From Octopus sinensis (Eukaryota), in assembly GCF_006345805.1 (NCBI RefSeq), contig NC_043003.1:26722001-26786000 (forward strand): 64,000 nucleotides of DNA, read 5' to 3'. The position numbers were made by a program, and so were the translations under genes. Every line of letters begins with the position of its first letter. The stretch's first letter is position 1. Below are positions 13,466-26,229 of the stretch, in pieces. The notes under the pieces are model-generated. The model searched no databases and was not told the origin of the DNA. It worked only from the letters and a program-made list of their open reading frames with translations.

Positions 13466-14217
13466 CAGGCGTTATAATTGTGATTACTCACAGAGGGTTC
13501 TTCTGTGTGGTCGTTCGGCCTATAAAAAACATCAACCATAATCTCGCACAACAACAGTCGTATATTAAGGACATGAGGCCCTATCCTCCATAAAATGACG
13601 CAAAAATCACGACTGGAAAGCTTTTGGTTGAAGGTTTGCATTCATCAGATTTGACCTGTAATTAAGGAGCAAGATCATCAATAACTCCCTTGCCAATTCA
13701 CTGAAAAAAAACCCTCTATGCTGTTCCTTGCCATGCTAAAAACAACAGGTAAATTACCCTCTGAATACGCCCTACCGTCTTAAATAATAAAAGACACTTG
13801 CCATAGTGTAGTGATGTACTCCTAAAATGACAGAATGGAACACTGTTGAACATAGTGATTGATCAGTATTTGCCTACCCAGGGCTAAACAGTAGTCATTT
13901 TGTTAACTTTAAAGCAGTTACTAATTCCAAGTCTTCGCGTTACATTTAATCTATCGTTAACCACTCGCCTGTCTAAGGCATTTTCATTAATTTTTTCCTG
14001 GACGTCCCTGCTCGTTTGCAAGTATTTAGTACACCCTTATTTCATAGGTTCTGAATAATATAAAGCTTTTCTTTCATAATTCCCAAGTCAGTCTATAGGT
14101 TGAAAAAACATGAGAATGCGTGTCATATGATGCAAGGACACCAGGGAAGTATGTGTCATGTCTGACACGCAGGGCGGGAAAAAGCATTAAAAATTTTCCT
14201 GTCTTCTCTCTATTTTC

Positions 14218-14765
14218 CTTCATATTTTGAATAGCAAAGGCGGCGATCTGGCAGAATCGTGACCGCTTCGGGCAAAATCCTGAGCAGCATTTCGTTTGTC
14301 TTTACGAAGTCGATGAAATAAATACCAGTTGAATACTGGGGTCGATGTATTCGACTAAACCCCTACCCCCGAACTTGCTGGCCTTGTGCCAAATTTTGAT
14401 ATTACAGTCGTCTCTAGGCGGCGAGTTGATTAACAGCGTTTCGCCAGTCTTTACTTTGTCTTTCATCCTTTCGAAGTCGATAAAATAACCACCACATAAA
14501 TACTGGGGCCGATATAACCAACTTAACCCCTTTCCTCTAAACTTGTGCCAAAATCTGAAATCAATATTATATTAAATAGCTATAGGCAGCGAGCTGGTAG
14601 AATCGTTACCGCATCGGGCAAAATGCTTAGCGGCATTTCGCCCGTCTTTGCGTTCAAAGTTCAAATTCCGCTGGGGTCAATAAAATAAATGCCACTTGAA
14701 TACAGGAGTCAACATACCCCCCACTCCCGCCACCGTCCCAAAATTACTGGCCTTGTGCCCAAATA
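14218..14765 (+). mobile_element. Three decayed SINE family A copies
   Basis: GGCGGCGA(T/G)CTGG heads; AAATACTGGGGTCGAT; TTGTGCCAAA tails. Confidence 0.7.
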
Positions 14766-15569
14766 TAAAATTAAAATTTAGGTTATTCAGTAGAGCACCT
14801 GTACTGCGCAATTTCGCATCCTGATTTCAAATTCGATCGAATTTGGTGTTGCCCTTTAACCTTTCAAACTCGACAAACTGAAACTACAGACAGCCGTCAC
14901 TCGCAAGTGAATATGGCTTGGTATTGTGCATCATGCTCTTACTAATTGTTTTAGGGGCTTTTAATAAATACTCTTGTCCAAGTTTGTACACGTATATGTT
15001 GATACATGCTCAACATTAACCAACGGAGGTTCCTAATGTACTTACGTTCAGACAAAAGCTAATCATTTGGCGTACATTCGTATATGTGTGCGTGTGTGTG
15101 TGTATAATATATATATATATATATAATATAATATATAGTATAATATATATATATATATATCTATATAATATATATATATACCATACATATATACATACAG
15201 ACAGACATACATACATACTTACACACATACATACATGCCGTACCATGCAAAAGTCTTTCGCCATTTTAAACTATTGTAAATTTCTGCTAATTGCTAACTT
15301 ATAAGTGGATGTTTCACATTCCGCTTTTTACAGATGAAACATTGGCCCTGTTGGAGTCATTTCCATACCTAATCATTATATTTTGTAGTAGGGCTTCTGA
15401 ATGAGAGCGGAAAATGTGAGACGATGACCAAAAAAAATTTTTTTAATAAAAAAAATCCGTGGAAAAGTTTTCGGTCACCTCACATGAACCAATCAAGATA
15501 TAGTGTTTTAAAACAGAAAAATGTCTATAAAGAAAATTTATTGCATAATGTTTATTCCAAGAAGTTACT

Positions 15570-15732
15570 TTACATTGTTAACATACATAAATAAATACAT
15601 ACATACATACATACATACAGAGTGATTGATAGAATGATAGACAGGCAGACAAACATAGATCGATAAATAGATACATAGATAGATAGGCAGACTGATAGAT
15701 CGATAGATAGACACAGGCAGATAAACTGATAA

Positions 15733-15781
<49 letters not shown>

Positions 15782-15874
15782 CAGACAGACAAACGGACAG
15801 ATAGACAGACAGATACACAGACAAACAGATAGATAGATAGACACATAAATAGACAGACAGACAGACAGACAGAC

Positions 15875-15938
<64 letters not shown>

Positions 15939-15943
15939 GGATT

Positions 15944-15974
<31 letters not shown>

Positions 15975-15990
15975 GGATTGATAGATTGAT
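15570..15990. repeat. (GATA)n/(GACA)n microsatellite
   Basis: Direct reading. Confidence 0.97.
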
Positions 15991-16648
15991 AGATTCTCAG
16001 GTTATATGTCGATAGAATTTCAAGAGAACATTCAATTATTGTGTTTACGTTTCATATATTCAGCTTACTGTCATGTAAATAAAACACATACATACAGAGA
16101 GAGGGGGGGACAAGGGGAGAATGAGAGAGAGGGAGGTGGAGAGAAGGGTAGGGAGGGAAGAGAGAGAGAAAGAGAGGTAGGGAGTTGGGAGGAGGGAGAT
16201 CCAGACAAACATACAGAGAAAGAGAGACAGAGAGGAAGAAAAGGAGGGAGGGAAGAGCGAGGCACAGAGAATGATAAACATATAGAACAGAAAAGGAAAA
16301 GAAAGAAAAGACATGATACATATCAGAAAGATCAATGTGTCAATTGATTATTGATAGCTTGATAGGTAAGACAAATGGTGTTGGACATATGTGGGCTTGT
16401 GATGGTGGCGGTGGTGGTGGTGGTAGTATGGGTAACATCTGTTACAATGGTGGAAACAAATATGGCTGACTTTGGATTTAAGCAACTGGCAAGAACAATA
16501 AGAACAACAATCATAAGGCATATGTTTTTGCCGAACCGCTAGGTTATGGAAATATAACCTAACCAACACCGGTTCTCAAAAAAGTAGCGGTGAAACAGAG
16601 AGAGACAACATGCACATACATTAATATACGTGTTATATATATATAAAT

Positions 16649-16813
16649 GGAGCGTAGGAGTGGCTGTGTGGTAAGTAGCTTGCTTACCAATCACATGGTT
16701 CCGGGTTCAGTCCCACTGCGTGGCACCTTGGTCAAGTGACTTCTACTATAGCCTCGGGTCGACCAAAGCCTTGTCAGTGGATTTGGTAGACGGAAACTGG
16801 AAAGAAACCAGTC

Positions 16814-16873
<60 letters not shown>

Positions 16874-17090
16874 GTGTGCATACGTTTGTGGTGTGTGTTT
16901 GTCCTCCCAACATCGCTGACAACCGATGCTGGTCTGTTAGTCTCCGTAACTTAGCGATTCGGCAAAAGTGACCGATAGAATAAGTACTAGGCTTACAAAG
17001 AATAAGTCCCGGGGTCGATTTGATCGACTAAAGGCGGTGCTCCAGCATGGCCACACTCAAATGACTGAAACAAGTATAAAAGAGTAAAAG
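16649..17090 (+). mobile_element. SINE family B, full length with internal (TA)n
   Basis: Head, core and tail GGCGGTGCTCCAGCATGGCC...AAATGACTGAAACAAG. Confidence 0.9.
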
Positions 17091-17145
17091 AATACACACA
17101 CACACACACACACATACACAACACACCACACACACACACACATAT

Positions 17146-17181
<36 letters not shown>

Positions 17182-17229
17182 TTATATATATATGGGTATG
17201 AGTAAGTATTTCACTTATATCTCACGTAT

Positions 17230-17292
17230 TTATCGCTGAAGAGGGAAGAAAATTCTTATGAATTAACCCCGAAATTAGGACCAATATGGTAA
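17230..17292 (+). ncRNA. Type I hammerhead ribozyme in PLE-like terminal repeat
   Basis: TTATCG-CTGAAGA-GGG...CCC-GAAA-TT-AGGACC-AA-TA|TGGTAA; 6-bp stem I with two wobbles; predicted cut after 17286. Confidence 0.75.
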
Positions 17293-17551
17293 TAACGGAT
17301 TTTTTTAGAAATTTCTATCGGTTTGTTTCGAGACGCAAAAATTTTAATGGTTATTGACAATTTTTGTCCTTTTTTCGATATATTTGGCATTAGAATTTTT
17401 CTTTTGCCCTTATTTTGTAAATTATTCATAAATTTAACCTTTACAGTTATTTTTTGATATGCTGGCCATTGATAATATTTGTTTCCCGAAAAAAATTTTT
17501 ATCCTACATAGTTAATTATATATATTATATATATATATATATAGATATATA

Positions 17552-17596
<45 letters not shown>

Positions 17597-18051
17597 CATA
17601 CATACATGCACACTCACACACACACAAATATATATGTATGCACACACCTATATATATATATACATATATAGAGAGAGAGGGAACGAGGGAGGGAGGGACA
17701 GATAAAGAGGGAGGAATTGAAGGAGAGATGTGCATACATAGGATATGAATATATGTACATAAGTATGGACATTAGTGCGTGTGTCTGCACTTGCATTTTT
17801 TGTTTGTGGAGAACTTCACTTTAAAATTACTATGCAGGTAAAATAAAGCAAAAATAAACAGAATTTTGATGGCCAAATTGCACACCTGACAATAAAACAT
17901 CTGACAATAACACACCTGACATGTGAGTATCTTGACAAGCCATCAAGTTACGCTGTAACTGAAGCATTGTATTTGCATATTTTGGCGTCACAGCTGGCTC
18001 TGACGTAATGATAATCGTTATTTTAGCTGAATCGTACGCGCGTTCACGTTT

Positions 18052-18106
<55 letters not shown>

Positions 18107-18243
18107 TATATAGATAGATAGTAGATAGATAGATAGATAGATAGATGATAGATAGATAGATAGATAGATATGGGTATATATAAAAACTACTTGGAGAAAA
18201 GAAAACGAAGACGACGCGAGGGCGCTCAGTCATATAATAATTC

Positions 18244-18312
18244 AATAAATAAGATATATGCATACATACATACATACATATATGTACGTGCCTACATCTA
18301 CATATATCTACA

Positions 18313-18380
<68 letters not shown>

Positions 18381-18813
18381 AGTACAGGACACCACAAATA
18401 AACGTAGAGCACAACGAGAAACGAAAACATAAAAACAAACTAGGAAACGGACTTTTTTTAACAATGAAAAAACAGAGTACAAAACAAACAATACAAGGAA
18501 TATTCCCCTTCATCAGCTGTCCCTGGTTCAACTCAATGCGTGTTTCGAAAGTAATGACAGAGCACGATCCCGCTGAGCAATCCTTCCTGCAAAATAATTA
18601 AATAAAATTCTTTTGCAGAGGGGTAAAACAAGGAAAGAAACAAGTGACACTTCGAAACACGCATTGAGTCGAACCAGGGACAGCTGATGAAGAGGAATAT
18701 TCCTTGTATTGTTTGCTTTGTACTCTGTTTTTTCGTTGTTAAAAAAGTCCGTTTCCTAGTTTGTTTTTATGTTTTCGTTTCTCGTTGTGTTCTACGTTTA
18801 TTTGTGGTGTCCT

Positions 18814-18870
<57 letters not shown>

Positions 18871-18944
18871 ATATGCATGTATATATACATGTAGATGTAG
18901 GCATGTACATATATGTATGTATGTATGCATATATCTTACTTATT
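18244..18944. repeat. Fold-back inverted repeat (~300-bp arms, ~100-bp spacer), PLE-like
   Basis: 18244-18549 is the reverse complement of 18651-18944, including the embedded (TA)n/(TACA)n. Confidence 0.92.
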
Positions 18945-18978
<34 letters not shown>

Positions 18979-18988
18979 GTGTGTGTAT

Positions 18989-19170
18989 GGCGGTGAGCTG
19001 GCAGAATCGTTAGCATGCTGGGCAAAATGCTTGCTGTATTTCGTCTGCCAGTATGTTCTGAGTTCAAGTTCCACCAAGGTCGACTTTACCTTTCATCCTT
19101 TCGGGGTCGATGTAATCGACTAGCTCCTTTCCCCAAAAATTTTCAAGGCCTTGTGTCTAGAGTAGAAATA
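18989..19170 (+). mobile_element. SINE family A
   Basis: GGCGGTGAGCTGGCAGAATCGTTAGC head through CTTGTGTCTAGAGTAGAAA tail. Confidence 0.9.
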
Positions 19171-19400
19171 ACTATATTATATATTATATTCCTTAAATAT
19201 CAAGGGACCTTAACATGTAAGACGGCAGAAAATGGCTTGGCGTAAACATTTCGAGCTCACAGTGAAATAAAGCAATTTTGTAGACTGTAAGTGCTGACGG
19301 GATATCGTAGATATGCAAGTACCAAATCCAATTTGTGACCATCAGTCCGACACACCAGTGGATCGTTGGAGCGGCATAAATATAAAATAGTAAACATGCA

Positions 19401-19481
19401 TTTACAACAGCTGTTTTGGTAGAATTTTATTTAATGTAGTCGTAAAAGATTACATCATAAAATATTCCATCATCAGGTAAA
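19401..19481 (-). ncRNA. Type I hammerhead, G12 mutated
   Basis: TTTAC-CTGATGA-TGG...CCA-AAAC-AGCT-GTT|GTAAA. Confidence 0.6.
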
Positions 19482-19572
19482 ATTTTAATCGTGTAAGATT
19501 TTTAACAGTCGACCTAGATATCGCCAACATGTGTTGATTAGCCCAAAAAGTATTGACTACGCCCAGTTCGAA

Positions 19573-19658
19573 CTTATCTGATGGTGGTGGCTTGAATATT
19601 ATGATGCAATATTTTACGACTACATTAAATGTAATTCTATCGAAACAGCCGTCGTATA
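19573..19658 (+). ncRNA. Type I hammerhead, A9 mutated; inverted partner of 19401-19481
   Basis: CTTAT-CTGATGG-T-GGTGG...CTATC-GAAAC-AGCC-GTC|GTATA. Confidence 0.55.
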
Positions 19659-19723
19659 TAAACATTCTACGGTTGGCTGTCGGGTATGCTATATTGTGTT
19701 TTTTCCTTACATGTCTTGAGTTC

Positions 19724-19787
19724 GTTGCACTGAAGAGCATAGAATGCATATTCTGCATTGATTGCGAAATTACAGGTGATATGTAAC
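19724..19787 (+). ncRNA. Intact type I hammerhead ribozyme
   Basis: GTTGCA-CTGAAGA-GCA...TGC-GAAA-TTAC-AG-GTGA-TA|TGTAAC; all core bases and three stems present; cut after 19781. Confidence 0.85.
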
Positions 19788-20116
19788 TAAATTCTGTTTT
19801 TAAATGACTTGCTTTGAAGTTTTGCATTCGGGACAATTTGTTTATTTTAGTAGTTTTGACTGCAAGAGTCCCTCCTAGCGTGCGGTACCTATGAATAATA
19901 GTACCCTCTACATAATATAAATAAATATTTTCAAAGTGGAAAAATTTACAGATTTTTTCTCTTACGAGGTTTTTCACGCTAACTACTGATAATTTCTTAT
20001 AAAGATTTTATCCTTAATTTTAAATATATATATATATATTGATAAAACGGTAAGATAACAAAAGAAAGAAAGAGACCTCAATATTATGTAAATAGAGGAA
20101 ATTTATCTATACAATT

Positions 20117-20288
20117 ATATGTTACATTACTCGATAGTCAAGATAAAACTCTGAGTTTCAGATGCCGGAGTGGGAATCCACGACATCTCTTCGGTTATCT
20201 GGCTATAACATCGACGAGATGTCGTGGATTCCCACTTCGGCATCTGAAACTCAGAGTTTTATCTTGACTATCGAGTAATGTAACATAT
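20117..20288. repeat. Fold-back hairpin (73-bp arms, 26-nt loop) containing a variant hammerhead on the minus strand (20141-20200)
   Basis: One mismatch between arms; minus strand reads AGATAA-CCGAAGA-GATGTCG...CGGCATC-T-GAAAC-TCAGA-GTT|TTATCT. Confidence 0.85.
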
Positions 20289-20323
20289 ATTGTATATATA
20301 TATATATATATTATATATATATA

Positions 20324-20365
<42 letters not shown>

Positions 20366-20439
20366 AATATATATTATATATATATATAATGTAGAGCAGA
20401 GAGAGGAGAGACAACAGACAAACTGTGTTTGTATTTGGT

Positions 20440-20670
20440 TTGCAAGATTCTTGATGTGATCTTCAAGGCTCAGTGGTCATTTCCTCACCAAACGTTTCGT
20501 TGAAATGACGCGCAGTTTCAGCTGCTCCACGTCCTTTTTTGAAGTTGAATAGCAAAATTGCTCAAATATCGCGCTTCGACAGTTCCATTTCAACGATGAA
20601 AAAAGTATCAATGTTAATTTATGGATGTATTTAGGCAAGTCTATGTCTGTATTATCAGACAATTGCAAAA
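20440..20670 (-). mobile_element. Mariner transposase N-terminal fragment (pseudogene)
   Basis: MELSKRDI*AILLFNFKKGRGAAETARHFNETFGEE matches the mariner HTH start. Confidence 0.8.
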
Positions 20671-20929
20671 AGATGTTTACAAAATTTCAATACTCAGCAG
20701 AAATCCTGTACAAATTCTTCATGGCTCAAAACGTTACTTAATTTTTTTCTCAACAGGATATAATCTGGAAACAAAAAAGAACAGATAAGACGGCTGCGGA
20801 CGGAACGTCTTTGATTATACAACAACAATTCTAGCCACAGTAACAGTACGACCAATAAAAACGCCGGTAGGAACGCTGACAACGGTGACATATACCACCA
20901 GTACGAGCACCGATACCACAGCCAGCACC

Positions 20930-21530
20930 CTATCATCACTCCTACCACTACCACAACCACCACTACCACAACTACCACAACCACTACTACCACAACCACC
21001 ACTACCATAACCACCACTATAACCACCACTACCACAACCACCACTACCACAACCACCATTACCACAACCACCACTATAACTACCACTACCACAACCACAA
21101 CTACCACAACCACTACTACCACAACCACCACTACCACAACCACCACTACCATAACCACCACTATAACCACCACTACCACAACCACCACAATAACCACCAC
21201 TACTACAACCACCATTACCACAACCACCACTATAACTACCACTACCACAACCACCACTATAACCACCACTACCACAACCACCACTACCACAACCACTACC
21301 ACTACCACCAATTCTACCATGCCATTACTACCACTATTACTACCACCGAAACCACCAGCTCCACCACGACCACAACCACCACTACCACCCGCCAAAATAC
21401 TACAACCAATACACCAACGATACAACTACCACCGCTGCTAACACTACCACTACCATCACCACCATCACCACTTCTTCTACCAGCCCCACCACTACCACCA
21501 ACAACAACAGCCCCCAACACCACCAAATAG
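20930..21530. repeat. (ACC/ACT/ACA)n degenerate trinucleotide tract
   Basis: Direct reading. Confidence 0.95.
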
Positions 21531-21939
21531 CAACAAAATCCTGCTTTCAGCCCTCTTATCAACGGCAACTAACTTCCTCGTGGGTTGTTGGATTCGCTCG
21601 AAATAGCAGCCAAATCTCCGTCAAATTGGAGTCTGGTTGTCTTGAAAAGGATTGCGCATGTTGTTCAGGACAGGAGTGCTTTCTTTCGATCATTGGTCAA
21701 CTTGATGGGACTTGACCTGAGGTGAACCAACAACGAGAACTACAATAAAATTCCCCGAATGTCTTCCGTTCCTCTTCTATTGTCTTTTTGCTCCATCGAC
21801 TGCCGACCATCCTTACCTCTTTCCCTCAACCGCCAACATGAAGAGGATACTCGGTGGATGACGATCTGGAAAATGTCTTTTTTCAAAATACATTTATTTA
21901 CTCTATACTGGATGTAACAATAATGATTTATTCAGATAA

Positions 21940-22806
21940 TAATCACCACCACCACCACAACCACCATCACCACCACCATCACCCCCCCCCCCCAACCACC
22001 ATCACCACCACCATCACCACCACCACCACCACTACCACCACCACCACCCCGACTACCACCATCACCCCAAAACCACCAACACCATCACCATCTTCACTAT
22101 CACCACCACTACCACCCCAACTACTACCATTACCCAAACACCACCAACACCATCACCCTCTTCACTATCAATATTACCACCACCACCACCACCACCACTA
22201 CCACCACCACCACCCCGACTACCACCATCACCCCAAAACCACCAACACCATCACCATCTTCACTATCACCATCAACCCACCACCACCACCACCACCATCA
22301 TAAGTAGGATTGTAATCATGAAGGTGGTGGTAATTGTTGTTGTAGTTGTGGTGGTGGTGGTGGTGGAGTGATTGTGGTAGTCGGGGTGGTGGTGGTGGTG
22401 GTGGTGGTGGTAATATTGATAGTGAAGATGGTGATTGTGTTGGTGGTGTTGGGGTGTTGGGGTGATGGTGGTAGTCGAGGTGGTGATGGTGGTGGTGGTG
22501 ATGGACGTATGATGGCGTGATGATGACGACAGTTGTGGCGCAGAGGTGATGGTATTGGTGGTTGATAGTGATGATGGTGACGGCGTGATGGTGATGTGAC
22601 GGTGGTGGTGATGGTGGTGATGATGGCGGCGATGATGGCGGCGGTGGTGGTGACGATGGCGAAGGTGGTGATGGTGGTGGAGGTGATGGTGGTGACGGTG
22701 TTGGTGGTGATGATGACGAAAGTGGTGGTGTGATGATGATGGTATTGGTGATGGTGGTGATGGTGGTTGTGGTGCTGATGATCGTGACCATCATTCTGGT
22801 CACGAA

Positions 22807-22875
<69 letters not shown>

Positions 22876-23030
22876 CATCTTCAACATTATCACCATCATC
22901 ATCGCCATCATCGTCGTTATCAGCATCATCATTAACGACGTCATCGCCATCATTGTCATCAACTGGCACCACCACCACCACCACCACCACCACCACTACA
23001 ATCACTCCACCATCATTACAATTAAAAAAC
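21940..23030. repeat. (ACC)n then (GGT)n/(ATC)n low-complexity tract with internal inversion
   Basis: 22376-22490 is the reverse complement of 22150-22270. Confidence 0.9.
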
Positions 23031-23109
23031 ACTAATACTATTAAAAACAAAAACAAATTAATCTCTGACGAAAACGATTAAAGGCACCATCGACAGCAAC
23101 ACTCCTTAT

Positions 23110-23526
23110 TCTATGTAGGTGTATATATATATGCATGCACGTATAAATGTATGTATGTATGTATTAATGTATGTATGTATGTATGTATGTATGTATGTAT
23201 GTATGTATGTATGTTTGTATGTATGTGTCTCTAAGTGTGTATATATTTACGTACTGATGGATGGATCGATAGATGAATAGATGATGTATATGAGCGTTTG
23301 ATTACGCATGTTTGAATAATTGCGTATATATATATGTGTGTATACATATACATATATGCATACATACATACATATACATACATACATACATATATATAAT
23401 AATATATATATATATATACATATATTATATATATATATGCATATAGATACATATATGTGTGTGTATGTGTTTGTGTGAGTGTGTGTATTTGTGAGTGTAT
23501 TTACACACACACTATATGCATACATA

Positions 23527-23557
<31 letters not shown>

Positions 23558-23755
23558 CTATATATATATATATATCATATATATATACATACTATATATA
23601 TGTATATATATGTATATATATATACATATATATACATACATATATATATATATATGTATATATATATTCATTTGCACGAAGAATATATATGTATGTATAT
23701 GTATATATATGTATGTATATATAAGTGTATATATATATATATATAATATATATAT

Positions 23756-23800
<45 letters not shown>

Positions 23801-23858
23801 TATAATTATACACATATATATATATAATGGGAGGGAGGGAGATAATATTTAATTAGAC

Positions 23859-23934
<76 letters not shown>

Positions 23935-23940
23935 TAGATA
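23110..23940. repeat. (TATG)n/(TA)n/(GATA)n compound microsatellite
   Basis: Direct reading. Confidence 0.95.
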
Positions 23941-23951
23941 GATGTACATAC

Positions 23952-24035
23952 CGTAGTTTGACCACACCATTCCCTGTTTTGTTTTTGATAGACCCAATTT
24001 CTGTTGCCTATGACGTCTTCTGTAAATCCCACATC
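23952..24035 (-). other. Candidate 84-nt exon (unassigned)
   Basis: TTCAG| acceptor and ACG|GTATGT donor; two open frames (DVGFTEDVIGNRNWVYQKQNREWCGQTT or GCGIYRRRHRQQ...); no recognised homologue. Confidence 0.2.
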
Positions 24036-24346
24036 CTGAAGTCACCGAAAACCACACAAGTTTTATTTCAAGCTATAGAAAAAACATTTAAAAAAGCCCT
24101 TTGTTCGCAGAGATAGTAAGGGGATTGTTCTTCTTGTCACTGTAGCTGTTGTTGTTTGGCCCTAGGTCAGGCCTGATTGAGCAGACCTATGATTTAAAGT
24201 AGAGTTGGAGCGGCGTCTACTTGGTACCCGCTTTTGCTTGTTTGTTTGTTTTTCTTTTTTTTATTGTTTTTCTTATTAATGCGGTTTATCGTGCAATGTG
24301 TTTATTAACCCGTTTTACAGTTGTGATATCATTTTGTCAATTAGAA

Positions 24347-24572
24347 GGCGGTGAGCTGGTAGAAACGTTAGCACGCTGGGTGAAATGCGTAGCCGTATTT
24401 CGTCTGCCGTTACGTTCTGAGTTCAAATTCCGCCGAAGTCGACTTTGCTTTTCATCCTTTCGGGGTCAATTAAATAAGTACCAGGTACGCACTGGGGTCG
24501 ATATAATCGACTTAATCCGTTTATCTTTCCTTGTTTGTCCCCTCTATGTGTAGCCCCTTGTGGGTAGTAATG
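24347..24572 (+). mobile_element. SINE family A
   Basis: Head and body match the other copies. Confidence 0.9.
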
Positions 24573-24800
24573 AAATTGATTTCATTTTGTCAATTAGATA
24601 ATCGTCTAGTTAAGAATTTCGCTTCACAACCACGAGATTTCGAGTTCAGTCCCATCGTGTCGTGGAACTTTTGGCGAATGTATTTCACCTATTTTTCTAC
24701 AAGGAGAAAATGTCTTTCTTACGGGTTCGAATATGTCTCAAGCATAAATGAACTGGTAACATGTTTATATCTCTACGCATCACTGCTTAGCGATTCTAAT

Positions 24801-24838
<38 letters not shown>

Positions 24839-24840
<2 letters not shown>

Positions 24841-25005
24841 TTGGGTTGTCCGGAAAGTTCGTGCCGATTTTTAAAGGAAAGAAAAAGGCCAATAAATACT
24901 TGCCATTACATTTTAAATCAACCAAATATGAACTAATTTCGTTGCACAATGCATCTCCATCTTTCCTTTAACTTGAAAATACCCTCTTCCCAGAATTGAG
25001 TGCTA
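24839..25005 (-). mobile_element. Mariner 3' end fragment
   Basis: TIR-like TATTGGGTTGTCCGGAAAGTTCGTGCCGAT next to (TA)n. Confidence 0.6.
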
Positions 25006-26229
25006 CTTTCTTTCGTTTGTCTACACCCACCCACACACCCACACACACATATATTAAAAGCTGTTGAATATTAACGGAAGGATCTTTCAATAAATTTATT
25101 TAGAGTTTCATTTATTCTTAGAAAGGGAAGGTTGAATAGTGACATTGAATTTGGGCTTAGAGGCTTACTTCAGACAGTAACTTTTTAGAGCTGATGGAGG
25201 GGGGCGCTTTCCAAGAAGCTTTTTATATACTTTTGGATCATCTTGTGGACTGGTCTTAGTAGTTTCAGCATAGAAGTGGTTTAATAGTGTATTTGGAATG
25301 GCCTTGTGAATAAGGTATTGATGTATTTGTTTATTGATAGTGAGATCAAATACGATGCCTGTCTTAATTGTTGATGTTGTTTTTTCTGTTGTTTTGCCTC
25401 AAGTCAATCTTACTTGAACAAAATATGACCCTGTCTTTTTCAAGAATATTTTATCTAGGACCGCAAGGCGCTTTTGGTGTGATTTGAGAGTTACTTAGCT
25501 GCTACAGCTAGCAAGTCTGTGACAGCATGACGATTCCCTATTTAGTTTGTGTATCTTTGTGATGTTAGAAAACAGAATGCTTTATTCTGTATTACCACAT
25601 ATCTGACTATTGGGGATATGCAGCAGAAGATCAGAGGAATGGTGTTCCATCCTGGGAAAAAAAAGGAATATCTTACGCGTCTAGTTTTATACGATGCAGT
25701 CACCTAAACTAAGCAGTGGACTTAAAACAACCCACTGGCTTCAGGAGACGTGGAAGGCTCAATAGACTAGGAAGATTCACGAAGCTTGGAAAGCACAGGC
25801 ATAAACTTATCGATTTCATAATTCTTCGGAAATAATACATTTGAGTGGTTTCTCTGGCCACTTCTTCCAAAACAACGGTAAGAGTCGAATGTAGCACCTT
25901 CTTCAAGAAAACCTCCCACCTGCTAATAATACTCGACTCCGGCCTCCTGAGCAAATGAGCTGTATAGCAAGGCACACTAGTGTCACAAAATTTATTTAAC
26001 GTTACTGTAAAAGGTTTGTCGAACTGCGTTCCTTTATGCTAAAAGATGAAAGTTCGCAATTCGATAAATAATGATCGATAGATTAAACATTTGTCTGAGA
26101 GAGTTACTGCCGTGGATATGATCATCTGAATCCATTGCACTTCAAGGTGATGCCCGGGATGGCCGCAGTAAAATTATATGAACGAAATAGAACATGTATG
26201 CAAATACTTATGTGCGTGTCTTTGATGTG

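Noticed and set aside
18646-18700. Circularly permuted (type II) hammerhead
   Set aside because: GAAAC..GTC and CTGATGA are present but no stem I can form between them
19450-19977. 175-aa ORF on the minus strand
   Set aside because: Overlaps three hammerhead/terminal-repeat pieces; no recognisable domain; chance ORF
20477-20668. ORF resembling a GPCR helix-8 tail
   Set aside because: Another frame is clearly a mariner transposase start
20694-23056. Long poly-V/T/D/M ORFs (mucin-like or acidic)
   Set aside because: Translations of trinucleotide microsatellites with no splice or codon support; the same applies to all YI/HT/CV-repeat ORFs
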